DNA of 64,000 nucleotides from an uncultured Acidobacteriota bacterium (GCA_963827655.1 CAWHCF010000042.1:52778-116777); one strand, 5' to 3'. Shown: positions 1-12,370, numbered from the stretch's first letter. The notes: a model not told the origin generated them from the sequence alone. Program-made: numbers and translations.

Positions 1-281
1 GCCAGGGTAAGCTCACGGCTGACGATTACGGACGCGACCACCATCCACGCTGCTTCACCGTCTGGATGGCCGGCGGCGGCATCAAACCAGGCCTCAGCTA
101 CGGCGAAACCGATGACTACTGTTACAACATCGTGCGCGATCCGGTCGACGTGCACGACCTGAATGCCACCATTCTGCATTGCCTGGGAATCGACCACACG
201 AAGCTGACGTTCAAATATCAGGGACGTCACCACCGGCTCACCGATGTGGGCGGACACATCGTCGATAAACTCCTGACCTAG
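1..281 (+). CDS. DUF1501 (sulfatase-like) family protein, C-terminal part, 5' truncated by window edge
   Basis: Open frame from nt 3: [21 protein letters not shown]...[18 protein letters not shown]...RLTDVGG; closely resembles the C-terminus of 8339..9781. Confidence 0.9.
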   Translation, partial: QGKLTADDYGRDHHPRCFTVWMAGGGIKPGLSYGETDDYCYNIVRDPVDVHDLNATILHCLGIDHTKLTFKYQGRHHRLTDVGGHIVDKLLT

Positions 282-292
282 CGCGTTTCTTA

Positions 293-361
293 TCTTGGAG
301 TACTAGTGGCTTAGTGTGAGCGCGAACAAGAACTAACCTCCAAGACGCGAAGGCCCGAAGC
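293..361. repeat. Family-1 palindromic repeat (CTTCGTGT/ACACGAAG octamer arms), degenerate copy
   Basis: tcttggagtactagtggcttagtg ... ccaagacgcgaaggcccgaag between convergent genes. Confidence 0.55.
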
Positions 362-364
362 AAG

Positions 365-2737
365 TCAGCGCAAGCTGAATGCCACGATCGTAGTCCCCGC
401 GGCCATCGCAATGTACTGGTTGCCGTCCACCGTGTACGTCATTGGCCCCGCCTTCCAGCTCTGGCCGGTGTTGAAATGCCAGAGCAGTTTCCCGTTCGTC
501 GCGTCCGCCGCGATAAAGGCGCCACTACCGTCTCCATAGAATAACAGCCCGCCGGCTGTGGCCATGAGACCGCTGCCGAGAATCCCGCCTCCTACGTCCG
601 GTATCTCCCAGGCGGTCTTTCCCGTTTGAATGTCGAGCGCTTTTAGAGACTTCCCCGCGCCATTCTCAACCGGAGCCCGGCGCGTGCCGCCGCCGTAGAA
701 CGACTTGCCTGCCTCCCACCACTGGTCGTTCTTGGTGTAAATGCTGCACGACTCCTCTGCAAACATGTAGAAGAGCCCGGTCATCGGGCTGAACGCCGTC
801 GACGGCCAGTTGGTGGCCCCTGCGACCGCGGGACAGACGCGCCGGCCTTCCGGTGTCGGCTCATTGCCGGGCAAGAGCTTGGGACGGCCGTCAGGGCCGA
901 TGCCGCTCGCCCAGGTCAAATTCTTGACGAACGGTTCGGCCAGCAGGAACTTGCCCGTCAACCGGTCCAGCACGTAGAAAAAGCCGTTGCGGTTACCCTG
1001 AAGCAGCAGCTTGCGCTGCTGTCCGCGAAACATGGCGTCGACGAGCATCGGCGTCTCGGTCGCGTCCCAGTCGTGCAGGTCATTGGGCGTGAACTGGAAA
1101 TACCACTTGAGCTTTCCCGTGCTCGGGTCGAGCGCCAGCACAGAGCAGCTGTAAAGGTTGTCGCCTTTGCGCTCGTCACCGTTGTAGTCGGGACAGGGAT
1201 TGCCCGTGGGCCAGTAGAGCAGCTTCGCTTCCGGATCGTAGGTGCCTGTGAGCCACGTCGCGGCGCATCCATGATCGATGGCCCTGCCGCCCCACGTCTC
1301 TGACCCCGGCTCGCCCGGCGCGGGGACTGTCCAGAACCGCCAGGCGCGTTCGCCGGTCGAGGCTTTGTACGCATCCAGGAACCCGCGGACTCCTTCGTCT
1401 CCGCCGGAGACGCCGGAAATCACCAGATCGTTGACCACCAGGGGCGCGCCGGTCGCTCCGTAATTCTGGCGAGAGTCGGCCATCTCGACGTCCCAGAGCA
1501 GCCGGCCGGTATTGCGGTGCAGCGCGATCAGGTGCGCGTTGTCCGTGACCATGAACACCCGGTCGCCAAGTATCGCCACGCCGCGGTTGATTCCACTGGC
1601 GGCATCGCCGGCCAGGCCTTTGGTGCGCGGGCGGCTGTAATGCCAGATCTCCCGGCCGCTACGCGCATCGAGAGCGAAGGCTTCATTGACTGAAGTGACG
1701 TACATGACGCCGTCGGCCACAACAGGCGTGACCTGAAGAGCGCGTGGCGCTCCCTGAATCGAGAACATCCACCTGGGCGCGAGCTGCCGGACATTGCGCG
1801 TGTTGATCTGGTCGAGCGGGCTGAAGCGATTGCCGCTCAGGTTCCCGTGGTAGGTCGGCCAGGTGCCGGGCTTCGGCTGCGCTACGTCAGCAAATGGGAT
1901 TCCAATTCCCATCTCGGCGGCGGCGACCGGGGCCTTGACGTCAGGTTCAGTCGTAAGACGGCTGAGATAGGCGATCAGGTCGCGCATCTCCGTCACGTTC
2001 GCCTCGACCTTCGGCATCACCGACTTCTCGCGGACCACCTCGGCGACCTGATCTTTCAAGAGCAGGTGCATCTTTCCGTCGACGGCAAGGAGTTGCAGGT
2101 CAAAAGCGCTTTCGTTCTTTGCCAGGCCGCGGATGGTCTGGCCGTTGCGCAGGCGTACCGTGACAGCCCGTTCCGAGACCGTGGCTCCGCCGCGACCTCC
2201 GCGACCGCGCGAACCGGGAGCTGGTGGAGCAGCGCCGGGTTCACGGAGCGCCTGTTCGATCTGATCCGGCTTTCGATCGCGTCCGACATTGGAAAGGTCG
2301 GGGCCGACCACGCCGCCGCGGCCGCGCACCATGTGGCAACTCGTGCAGTTCCCTTTCCCGTTGAAGAACCGTTCACCCGCAGCGGCATCCCCGGGCGTGC
2401 CGCCGCTCGTCGCCGCGGCATCGGCGGCCGCCGGTTTCAGCGACATGACGTACGTCACGATCGACTCGAGTTCCGGATCAGATATCGGGAAAGGGGGCAT
2501 GCCCCGGTCAGGAATGCCCTTCAGGATCAGGTCGCGGACCGCTTCTCTGGAAGCGGCGCGCGGTTGGGGCAGGTTGACGATATTGAACCCGCGTGCGCCG
2601 CCCGTTCCATCCTCGCCATGGCAACTGGCGCAGCGGGCCTGGAACTGCCTTCTGCCGGATTCGTCGGTCTGGGCGTGTGCGCTGGCCCAGACCAATGCCG
2701 CGCAGATTATCAGTGTGGAGATTCGCATTGTTGTCAA
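365..2737 (-). CDS. PQQ-type beta-propeller dehydrogenase with two N-terminal c-type cytochrome domains
   Basis: Sec signal; CASCH and CTSCH heme motifs; WPTYHG..RFSPLDQIN, repeated W-docking motifs, HDWDA, PMTY..G.QYI typical of quinoprotein alcohol dehydrogenases; start may be 2728. Confidence 0.88.
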   Translation of the reverse strand: MTTMRISTLIICAALVWASAHAQTDESGRRQFQARCASCHGEDGTGGARGFNIVNLPQPRAASREAVRDLILKGIPDRGMPPFPISDPELESIVTYVMSLKPAAADAAATSGGTPGDAAAGERFFNGKGNCTSCHMVRGRGGVVGPDLSNVGRDRKPDQIEQALREPGAAPPAPGSRGRGGRGGATVSERAVTVRLRNGQTIRGLAKNESAFDLQLLAVDGKMHLLLKDQVAEVVREKSVMPKVEANVTEMRDLIAYLSRLTTEPDVKAPVAAAEMGIGIPFADVAQPKPGTWPTYHGNLSGNRFSPLDQINTRNVRQLAPRWMFSIQGAPRALQVTPVVADGVMYVTSVNEAFALDARSGREIWHYSRPRTKGLAGDAASGINRGVAILGDRVFMVTDNAHLIALHRNTGRLLWDVEMADSRQNYGATGAPLVVNDLVISGVSGGDEGVRGFLDAYKASTGERAWRFWTVPAPGEPGSETWGGRAIDHGCAATWLTGTYDPEAKLLYWPTGNPCPDYNGDERKGDNLYSCSVLALDPSTGKLKWYFQFTPNDLHDWDATETPMLVDAMFRGQQRKLLLQGNRNGFFYVLDRLTGKFLLAEPFVKNLTWASGIGPDGRPKLLPGNEPTPEGRRVCPAVAGATNWPSTAFSPMTGLFYMFAEESCSIYTKNDQWWEAGKSFYGGGTRRAPVENGAGKSLKALDIQTGKTAWEIPDVGGGILGSGLMATAGGLLFYGDGSGAFIAADATNGKLLWHFNTGQSWKAGPMTYTVDGNQYIAMAAGTTIVAFSLR

Positions 2738-2768
2738 GCCGCGGCTAGTTTATACCACGGCATAACGA

Positions 2769-2811
2769 TTCTTGGTGTTTCTTCGCGTCTTCGTGTCTTC
2801 GTGGTATTTGT
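2769..2811. repeat. Family-1 repeat, left arm
   Basis: ttcttggtgtttcttcgcgtcttcgtgtcttcgtggtatttgt. Confidence 0.8.
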
Positions 2812-2891
2812 TTCGCACGAAAAAACGGTAAAGATTTTCTTGACCGCCTGGTCCCCTTCGCCATTATATCGTTGCGAGTGGGAGCAAACTT

Positions 2892-5031
2892 ATGCGTTCA
2901 AATCTAGCTTGGATTTCTCAGAGGCTGCTGGTTGCGCTATGTCTGATGGGAGCCCAACCGCTGCTGCTCGCCCAGGATCTCGACTTCACCGCCGGCCTGG
3001 ACGAGTTCCGCGAACTGCGCAACATGCTCCGCGCCCATGTTCGACGGCTTGGGTTGGAGCACCTTGAAAAACGTCGCGAGGCTGTAGCGCGGTGGACGGC
3101 TTCAGACGTCAAGGCGCGCAAGGCATACGTGCGCGAGCGTCTGCAGGAGTCGCTGGGAGGGCCCTTCCCCGAGCGCACGCCCGCTCAACCCGCGCGTAAC
3201 CGGCACCGTCGATCGCGGCGATTACCGCATCGAGAAGATCGTTTTCGAAAGCCAGCCGTCCTTTTACGTGACCGCGAATTTATACGTACCGGCTCGCGGC
3301 CAGCCCCCCTTTCCCGCGGTTCTGTATCCGCTCGGCCATGAAGCCGGCGCGAAATCGCATCATGCCTGGCAGCAGATGCTCGGCTCGCTGGCCAAGCGCG
3401 GATACGTCGCGCTGGCGTGGGACCCTGTTGGACAAGGCGAGCGCGTGCAGCTATGGGATCCTGAGGCCGGTGGACCCAAGCTCGCAAGCTCCACAACCGA
3501 GCACTCGATGCTGGGTATTCAATGTCTTCTGACCGGTGACAATCTTGCTCGCTACACGATCTGGGACGGCATCCGGGCCCTCGACTATCTTCTGTCGCGC
3601 AAGGAAGTGGACCCGAATCGCATAGCCGTCACCGGCAACTCCGGCGGCGGCACGCACACCGCGTACCTTGCGGCGCTGGAAGATCGCATTCATGTCGCCG
3701 CCCCATCCTGTTATCTGACCAACTGGCGCCTGTTGCTCGAAACCCGCGGCCCGCAGGATGCCGAGCAGAACCTGCCGCCGTGGCTGGCAGCGGGTCTCGA
3801 CCACGCCGACTTCGTGCACGCTTTCGCCGGCAAGCCTTACCTTATTCTGTCCGCGATCCGCGACTTCTTCGCAATTGCCGGGGCTCGGGAAACCTTCGCC
3901 GAGGCCAAGCGCGCCTATTCGCTCATCGGCGCCGCGGACAAGGTGGCGATGGCGGAGGCCGACGACGGTCACGGCTTCAGCCAGCCGCGACGCATCGCCG
4001 CGTACACCTGGTTTGATCAGTGGCTAAAGGGCAAGGCCGGCGAGGCCGCCGAGCCTGAGGTGCACATGGCTACTGAAGATGAACTGTTCTGCACCGAGTC
4101 CGGCCAGGTCAATGTCTCGCTCGGCGGCGAAACCGTGTTTAAACTGAACCGGCGGCGCGCCGACCAGTTCAGCAAGGCGCAGCCCGGCGGCGATCTGGCG
4201 GCCCACGTTCGCCGGCTCACCGGCTACCAGCAGCCGGAGGGTCCGGTGTCGGTGCGCAGTTATGGCGTGATCCGCCGCTCGGGCTACTCGATCGAGAAAC
4301 TGGTTTACGATAGCGAGCCCGGCATCGTCGTGCCGGCGTTGCTCTTTGCCCCCGAATCCGGCGGACCGAAAAAGCCGGCGGTTCTCTGGATTCACGCTCG
4401 CGGTAAATCAATCGACGCAGCATCCGACGGCGACATCGTTCAGCTGGTTCGCGCCGGAGCCGTCGTCCTTGCCATTGACGCCCGCGGTTATGGCGAGACT
4501 CAGCTGGCCACACAACCCGAACGCATCGACTCGGTTCGAATGTTCGGCGACTTCTACAGCGCCATGACCGCGCTGCTGGTCGGCAAGACACTGGTCGGCA
4601 TGCGCGCGCGGGACATCATCCGTGGCATCGACGTGCTGGCCGCTCGCCCGGAGGTTGACCCCCAACGAATCGCTGCTGCGGGCAAAGAAGGCGCCGCCGT
4701 GCCGCTGCTGCACGCGGCGGTCCTGGATCCCCGCATCCGCAAAGTCGCGCTCGAGCGCATGATCCTGTCGTACGCCGCCGTACTGGAGCGCCCGATTCAC
4801 CGGCAAGTCTTTGAAAGCGTCGTTCGTGGCGTGATCCGCTCTTATGACTTGCCCGCGCTTGCCGCTGCGATCTCCCGGCCGGTCCTGATCATTGATGCAG
4901 TGGATTCAGTGGGCAACCTGGTCAAGCTGGAACGGGTCCGCAGCGAATACGGGAGCGCCGCCTCCGCGCAGATACAGAGACGTGGCATGAACCAGCCTGC
5001 GTCCTCGCTATTTGCCGACCTGATCCAATAG
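2892..5031 (+). CDS. Secreted acetylxylan-esterase-like alpha/beta hydrolase (duplicated fold), +1 frameshift near 3181
   Basis: Signal peptide in ORF 2892; removing one C from cacgcccgctc gives ERTPLNPRVTGTVDRGDYRIEKIVFES joined to ORF 3268; GNSGGG nucleophile motif; second half has GKEGAA instead. Confidence 0.8.
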
Positions 5032-5046
5032 CCGTCGGCAAAAACA

Positions 5047-5077
5047 AAAGCCACCACAAAGACGCGAAGAAAACACT
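5047..5077. repeat. Family-1 repeat, right arm (interrupted by family-2 element)
   Basis: ccaccacaaagacgcgaagaaaacact directly before the CTAAG duplication. Confidence 0.65.
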
Positions 5078-5157
5078 CTAAGGTTCGTTCGGGGACTTCG
5101 CCCCGAACGAAAGGCCCCTTCTGAACGAAAACATGTTGGTTTGAACGTTTCGCTAAG
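5078..5157 (+). mobile_element. Family-2 ~70-bp MITE-like hairpin element, copy 1, flanked by CTAAG direct repeats
   Basis: CTAAG-gttcgttcggggacttcgccccgaacgaaaggccccttctgaacgaaaacatgttggtttgaacgtttcg-CTAAG; near-identical reverse copies at 16169 and 62330. Confidence 0.75.
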
Positions 5158-5653
5158 CGCCTATTCCGACGACCTGGCTTCTCCGTTCAAGCAAAACAAC
5201 GTCTCGCCAGATCCCATTCAGTTGACCAACGCGTTCGCGAGTTCCAATCTCCCGGAAGCCGCACCTCTTGTGCAAAGCGAGACTCGAGCGATTCTCCGGG
5301 AATATGCCGGCCTGCAACGTCCATATCCCAAGTTTCTCCGACAGCGCTGCCAGTGCGTCAAGCAAAGCTCGTCCGATCTGTCGACCGCGATACCTGGCTC
5401 CCACGTAAATACTTACCTCTGCTACACCGGAATATGCGGAACGGCTCGAGACCGGACTCAAGGCGGCCCATCCGAGAATGACATCGCCTGCTTTGGCGAC
5501 CAATCGACAATTCGTCAGGTGGGTTGAATCCCATCGCTCCCAGGTTGGCGGTTCTGTCTCAAAGGTAGCATGACCGCTCGAAATCCCTTCGACGTAGATG
5601 GAACGTACCTGCGGCCAGTCGTCAGGTGTCATCGTGTCTATGATGTATTCCAT
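5153..5653 (-). CDS. GNAT N-acetyltransferase, phosphinothricin/methionine-sulfoximine acetyltransferase (Pat/YncA) type
   Basis: IYVEGI..ATFET.PP.WE.W, VAEVSIYV...RGRQIG, LQAGIFPEN..SLALH...GF, WRDV.LLERRS. Confidence 0.9.
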   Translation of the reverse strand: MEYIIDTMTPDDWPQVRSIYVEGISSGHATFETEPPTWERWDSTHLTNCRLVAKAGDVILGWAALSPVSSRSAYSGVAEVSIYVGARYRGRQIGRALLDALAALSEKLGIWTLQAGIFPENRSSLALHKRCGFREIGTRERVGQLNGIWRDVVLLERRSQVVGIGA

Positions 5654-5667
5654 CCCCAGACTCAGTT

Positions 5668-5733
5668 TTCTTCGCGTCTTCGTGCCCTCGTGGTTAGCTG
5701 AAATACCACCAGGACGCAAAGACACCAAGAAAT
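5668..5733. repeat. Family-1 palindromic repeat
   Basis: ttcttcgcgtcttcgtgccctcgtggt-tagctgaaat-accaccaggacgcaaagacaccaagaa. Confidence 0.75.
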
Positions 5734-5832
5734 TCATTCGTTGCAATCGTCTTTTTTTCCGGCTAATGTTTGAGACTGTAAGTGTGCGGGGAGCTTCAAG
5801 ATGGCTTGCGAGTTCCCCGTCCCCTCTGGCAA

Positions 5833-8328
<2,496 letters not shown>

Positions 8329-8338
8329 TTTTTTTACT

Positions 8339-9781
8339 ATGAATCCTACTCTACTCCAGACCCGCCGGCACTTCTTCTCCGACTGTGCGGTTGGCTTGGG
8401 CAAAATCGCTCTGGCTTCGCTATTCTGCGGCCCGCAGGTGTTCGCCCAGGAGAAATCCAAGCTCTCAAACCCGCTGGCTCCGAAGAAGCCTCACTTCCCC
8501 CCGAAAGCCAAAAGCGTCATCTATCTCTTCATGGCCGGCGCCCCGAGCCAGCTGGAATTGTTCGACTACAAACCGAAGCTGAATGAAATCGACGGACAGC
8601 CAATCCCCGACTCGTACATGAAGGGAAAGCGGTTTGCCTTCATGGACACGTTCGCCAAGGAAGTGCCTCGATTGCTCGGCACGCGCCGGAAATTCGCCCA
8701 GCATGGCAAGTGTGGCGCCTACGTCTCGGAATGCCTGCCGCACATCGCTACCGTGGTCGATGATCTGGCCATCGTGCGTTCCGTGTCGACCGAAGTTTTC
8801 AATCACGCGCCGGCCAAGGTGTTCGTCAATACGGGTTCGGCGCAGTTCGGACGCCCGAGCATGGGCGCCTGGATTACCTACGGGTTGGGAAGCGAGTCGC
8901 AGGATCTTCCGGGGTTCGTGGTACTGCAGTCCGGCCCGCGCGGCCCGCGCGGCGGCGCGGCCAACTGGGGAAGCGGTTTTCTTCCCACCGCCTACCAGGG
9001 AGTTCCCTTCAGCTCCGTCGGCGACCCGATTCTCAATCTGGCGAATCCCGCCGGAATAGATCCACGTCGTCAGGGTCAGGCCATCGAGGCGCTCCGGGAT
9101 CTGAACCTGACTCGCCTGTCCGAAACCGGCGACTCCGAGATCGCCACACGAATCGCGTCTTATGAAATGGCCTACCGGATGCAGACCAGCGCCCCGGAAT
9201 TGATGGATCTGTCGGGCGAAACCAAAGAAACGCTCGAACTGTACGGCGTGGAACCTGGGAAGACTTCCTTTGCCAATAATTGTCTGCTCGCGCGCCGCCT
9301 GGTGGAACGGGGCACGCGATTCATTCAACTCTACCATGCAGACTGGGATCACCACGGCGGGCCCGGACAGGATCTTGACGGGAGTCTCGACAAGGTGTGC
9401 AAGGAAGTAGATCAGCCTGTTGCCGCGCTGATCAAGGATCTCAAGCAGCGCGGCCTTCTCGACCAGACGCTGGTGATCTGGGGTGGAGAATTCGGCCGCA
9501 CCCCGATGGGCGAGAAGCGCGAGACGACCGGCCGCAATCATCACATCGACGCCTATACCATGTTGATGGCCGGCGCCGGAATCAAACGGGGAATCACGAT
9601 CGGCGCCAGCGATGAACTGGGTTTTTCTCCGGTCGAAGATCCAGTGCACATCCACGACTTACAGGCTACGCTTTTACACCTTCTTGGAATCGACCACCTG
9701 AAACTTACCTTTCGCTTCCAGGGGCGGGATTTCCGACTCACGGATGTCGCGGGCAAGGTCGTCACCAAGCTGCTTGCCTAG
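8339..9781 (+). CDS. DUF1501 domain protein with Tat-like signal
   Basis: TRRHFF twin-arginine; IYLFMAGAPSQLELFDYKP, WDHH, WGGEFGRTP; directly follows the PSD1 gene. Confidence 0.92.
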   Translation: MNPTLLQTRRHFFSDCAVGLGKIALASLFCGPQVFAQEKSKLSNPLAPKKPHFPPKAKSVIYLFMAGAPSQLELFDYKPKLNEIDGQPIPDSYMKGKRFAFMDTFAKEVPRLLGTRRKFAQHGKCGAYVSECLPHIATVVDDLAIVRSVSTEVFNHAPAKVFVNTGSAQFGRPSMGAWITYGLGSESQDLPGFVVLQSGPRGPRGGAANWGSGFLPTAYQGVPFSSVGDPILNLANPAGIDPRRQGQAIEALRDLNLTRLSETGDSEIATRIASYEMAYRMQTSAPELMDLSGETKETLELYGVEPGKTSFANNCLLARRLVERGTRFIQLYHADWDHHGGPGQDLDGSLDKVCKEVDQPVAALIKDLKQRGLLDQTLVIWGGEFGRTPMGEKRETTGRNHHIDAYTMLMAGAGIKRGITIGASDELGFSPVEDPVHIHDLQATLLHLLGIDHLKLTFRFQGRDFRLTDVAGKVVTKLLA

Positions 9782-9790
9782 CATCTCTCT

Positions 9791-9829
9791 CACCGCCAAG
9801 ACACGAAGACACTAAGAAACGCTAAGAAT
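9791..9829. repeat. Family-1 repeat, right arm
   Basis: caccgccaagacacgaagacactaagaaacgctaagaat. Confidence 0.8.
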
Positions 9830-9857
9830 CGTTGTACGTCAAGAGTAGAGGGTGAGG

Positions 9858-10008
9858 ATGCAGACAAAGTTGACCTTACGACTGGACGATGAACCGACGC
9901 GCGGGCACAACCGGCATCGTCACGAGGGACCCTGCTGGTTTCGCAGAAGGGAGCTTGAGGATCTATTCACCGGACGAGTTGATGAGGATGGCTGAGGCTC
10001 TGCCGTAA
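9858..10008 (+). pseudogene. Collapsed toxin-antitoxin remnant: DUF6364-like antitoxin N-terminus joined to PIN toxin C-terminus
   Basis: RBS + ATG 9858 reads MQTKLTLRLDDE; another frame immediately after reads GIVTRDPAGFAEGSLRIYSPDELMRMAEALP*. Confidence 0.6.
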
Positions 10009-10042
10009 TAACGGATCGCTAACTACGAAGGGAAGCTCGATA

Positions 10043-11113
10043 ATGACGCTGAGCGCTAGAATTTCGATCGTCGCTCTCTTCGGCCTGGCGTTTGCCGGTG
10101 CCGGCGCCCAGTCTCCGAGAGTCGAGTGCATCGCCGGGAGTGGTGATGGCCCGCTGGGTGGCCCTGCCAGGACGGTCAAATTAATCGAGCCATTTGGCGT
10201 CGCCTTCGATAGGAGTGACAATGCCTATATCTGTGAGTACAAGGGGCAGCGCATCAGCAAGCTCGACAAGAGCGGCATTCTCAGCCTGTTCGCAGGCACC
10301 GGGAAGATAGCGTACGGCGGTGATGGAGGTCCGGCCCGGGACGCGGCATTTAACGATCCCCACGGCCTGGTGATCGGAAGAGATCAGCAACTCTACGTTG
10401 CCGACACGCTCAATCACCGCATTCGAAAGATCGACCTCAAGACCGGCTCCGTCACAACCGTCGCCGGCACAGGCGAGCGTGGTTTTTCGGGCGATCGAGG
10501 TCCAGCCACCAAGGCCGCCTTCAACGGGGTCTATGCGATTGACATCAACCGGGCTGCGGACAAGGTTTACGCAGCCGACCTGGAAAACCGTCGAATTCGC
10601 CTGGTGGATCTGAAGAGCGGCATCGTGACGACCGTGGCGGGAAATGGCGACTCGGGCGTCCCGGCCGACGGGGCCGACGCGGCTCAGAGTCCGCTGGTTG
10701 ATCCCCGCGCGGTCGCGGTCGATTCGCGCGGTAATGTCTACATCCTGGAGCGTCGCGGACATGCGCTTCGCGTGGTCGACCCGCAAGGCAGAATCCGAAC
10801 CCTGATTGGCCCGGCAACCGGCGACCGTCCCGCCAGCGGGCCGAAGCTGAACGGCCCGAAACACCTCTGCGTGGATCTCAACGACAACGTGATCATCGCG
10901 GACGCTGAGAACAACCTCATCCGCCGATACACTCCCAAAGACGGGCAAACCGTGACTATCGCAGGGACTGGAGAAAAAGGGGATCTTCTGGTTCCCGACG
11001 ACCCATTAAAGACCCAGCTGAGCCGCCCTCATGGGGTCTACGTTCATCGATCGGGGGCGCTGTACGTCTCCGACAGCTACAACCATCGCATCCTGAAGAT
11101 CACCGGCTGGTAG
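10043..11113 (+). CDS. Secreted NHL-repeat beta-propeller protein
   Basis: Signal peptide; repeated P.G(V/L)..D...YVAD..NHRIRKI and AGTG..G..GDGGPA units. Confidence 0.9.
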   Translation: MTLSARISIVALFGLAFAGAGAQSPRVECIAGSGDGPLGGPARTVKLIEPFGVAFDRSDNAYICEYKGQRISKLDKSGILSLFAGTGKIAYGGDGGPARDAAFNDPHGLVIGRDQQLYVADTLNHRIRKIDLKTGSVTTVAGTGERGFSGDRGPATKAAFNGVYAIDINRAADKVYAADLENRRIRLVDLKSGIVTTVAGNGDSGVPADGADAAQSPLVDPRAVAVDSRGNVYILERRGHALRVVDPQGRIRTLIGPATGDRPASGPKLNGPKHLCVDLNDNVIIADAENNLIRRYTPKDGQTVTIAGTGEKGDLLVPDDPLKTQLSRPHGVYVHRSGALYVSDSYNHRILKITGW

Positions 11114-11195
11114 ACGCGAAGCGCGCCAAGTCAGCGACCCATAGCCTCTTTGACGTGCATGCAAAACGCATGCACAATTCGAACCGGAGTCCCAA

Positions 11196-11424
11196 ATGGC
11201 TATCCTGACAGTAAGGAACGTTCCGGAAGATATCATCAAGACCATCAAGGCGAGGGCCAGGACCAACGGTCGATCTATGGAGCAGGAGATCAGATCCATC
11301 CTGCAATCCGTCGCCATGGACCGGCAATCGGCCTGTCGATCAGATTGAGCAAGGTTGGAAACGCCAGACCCGTCCGACACGCCGCAAGGAAGTGGACGCC
11401 TGGATCCGGAAAAGCCGTCCATGA
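11196..11424 (+). CDS. FitA/Arc-like ribbon-helix-helix antitoxin, +1 frameshift near 11336
   Basis: MAILTVRNVPEDIIKTIKARARTNGRSMEQEIRSIL; corrected frame continues DQIEQGWKRQTRPTRRKEVDAWIRKSRP* with ATGA overlap onto the toxin start. Confidence 0.75.
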
Positions 11425-11837
11425 GCGTCGTGGTGGACACTAATGTTGTCGCATACTACTTGTTGGAAACCGAGCCTTTCACGAGAGAGTGCGCCCTGTT
11501 CTGGCGTGGCGCCCGAGAGGTCTACGCTCCAATGTCGTGGGAAATCGAGCTTGTCAATACAGTCTGGCTGGCAATCGGCGCCGAGGTGCTCGACCTCAGC
11601 GAGGGGATCGAACGCCTGCGTTTGGGGGCGCAGCTGGGAATCAACTCCGTGCCCGTAGCCGGTCTGTGGGAGGGCACACTGACAAGGGCCACGGCAGCCA
11701 ATCATCCGGCCTATAATACCGTTTTTGTGGAGCTTGCCGTCCGGCTACGAAAACCGCTTGTCACTTTCGATCAGGGCCTGCTGCGGAAGTTTCCTGACAC
11801 GGCTATTCGTCCCAGGCAGTTCACCCGTGGCTCCTGA
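11421..11837 (+). CDS. vapC: VapC/PIN-domain toxin
   Basis: VVVDTNVV, conserved E, LVTFD; coupled to upstream antitoxin; usual YD motif reads YN. Confidence 0.85.
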   Translation: MSVVVDTNVVAYYLLETEPFTRECALFWRGAREVYAPMSWEIELVNTVWLAIGAEVLDLSEGIERLRLGAQLGINSVPVAGLWEGTLTRATAANHPAYNTVFVELAVRLRKPLVTFDQGLLRKFPDTAIRPRQFTRGS

Positions 11838-11902
11838 CCCCCGGAATGATAGCTCGAGGTTTCGTGTCATTCAGGTTGCCGCACTGCGCGAAGGCAATAT
11901 CA

Positions 11903-12214
11903 CTACTCGAAGAATCTCGTGCCCGGGACCAGATGCGCCCGGCAAACTTCCTCGTTCAGATTCACGCCCAGGCCGAGGTTTGTCGGGCACAGTAAGAAAT
12001 CCGTTCTTGTAGAGCGGTCCATCCCATTCCACATGTCCCGGATCTTGACCTTGCCAAGACTGGTGGCGGCGGCGGGCAGGGCTTTGACAACCTGGGGAAT
12101 GGCTGCCATCGTGGCTGCGAAGGCACCCCCAGCGGTAGCGAAGAATTCTCGGCGGCTAAGGGCTCGCGCAGAAATAACTTCACATTCTGGCGCGAGGGTG
12201 GGTTGCTCAATCAT
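11903..12214 (-). pseudogene. Internally deleted Tat-exported mandelate racemase/enolase-superfamily gene
   Basis: SRREFF Tat signal and LGKVKIRD N-terminus jump straight to C-terminal GPLYKNGFLTVPDKP(G)LGVNLNEEVCRAHL. Confidence 0.6.
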
Positions 12215-12370
12215 GGACCGGTTTCTGTTTGTTAACACGCTGAGGATCGCGCCCCTTGGGCTGCGGCCTGGGGCCTGCAGCAGAATGCGAACTTATTTCT
12301 GCGCGAACCCTAAGACCCCGGTCGTACATTGGTTCCTCCAATTCACTCCCGGGTTTCAGAATCCCGATCG

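Noticed and set aside
2840-2868. Sigma70-like promoter TTGACC...ATTATA before the esterase gene
   Set aside because: Weak -10 match; not supportable without TSS data
1847-3067. Long antisense or alternate-frame ORFs (e.g. 1847..3067, 8465..9655, 14751..16034, 32915..34171, 57460..58461)
   Set aside because: They shadow well-supported genes in GC-rich DNA and show no recognisable motifs
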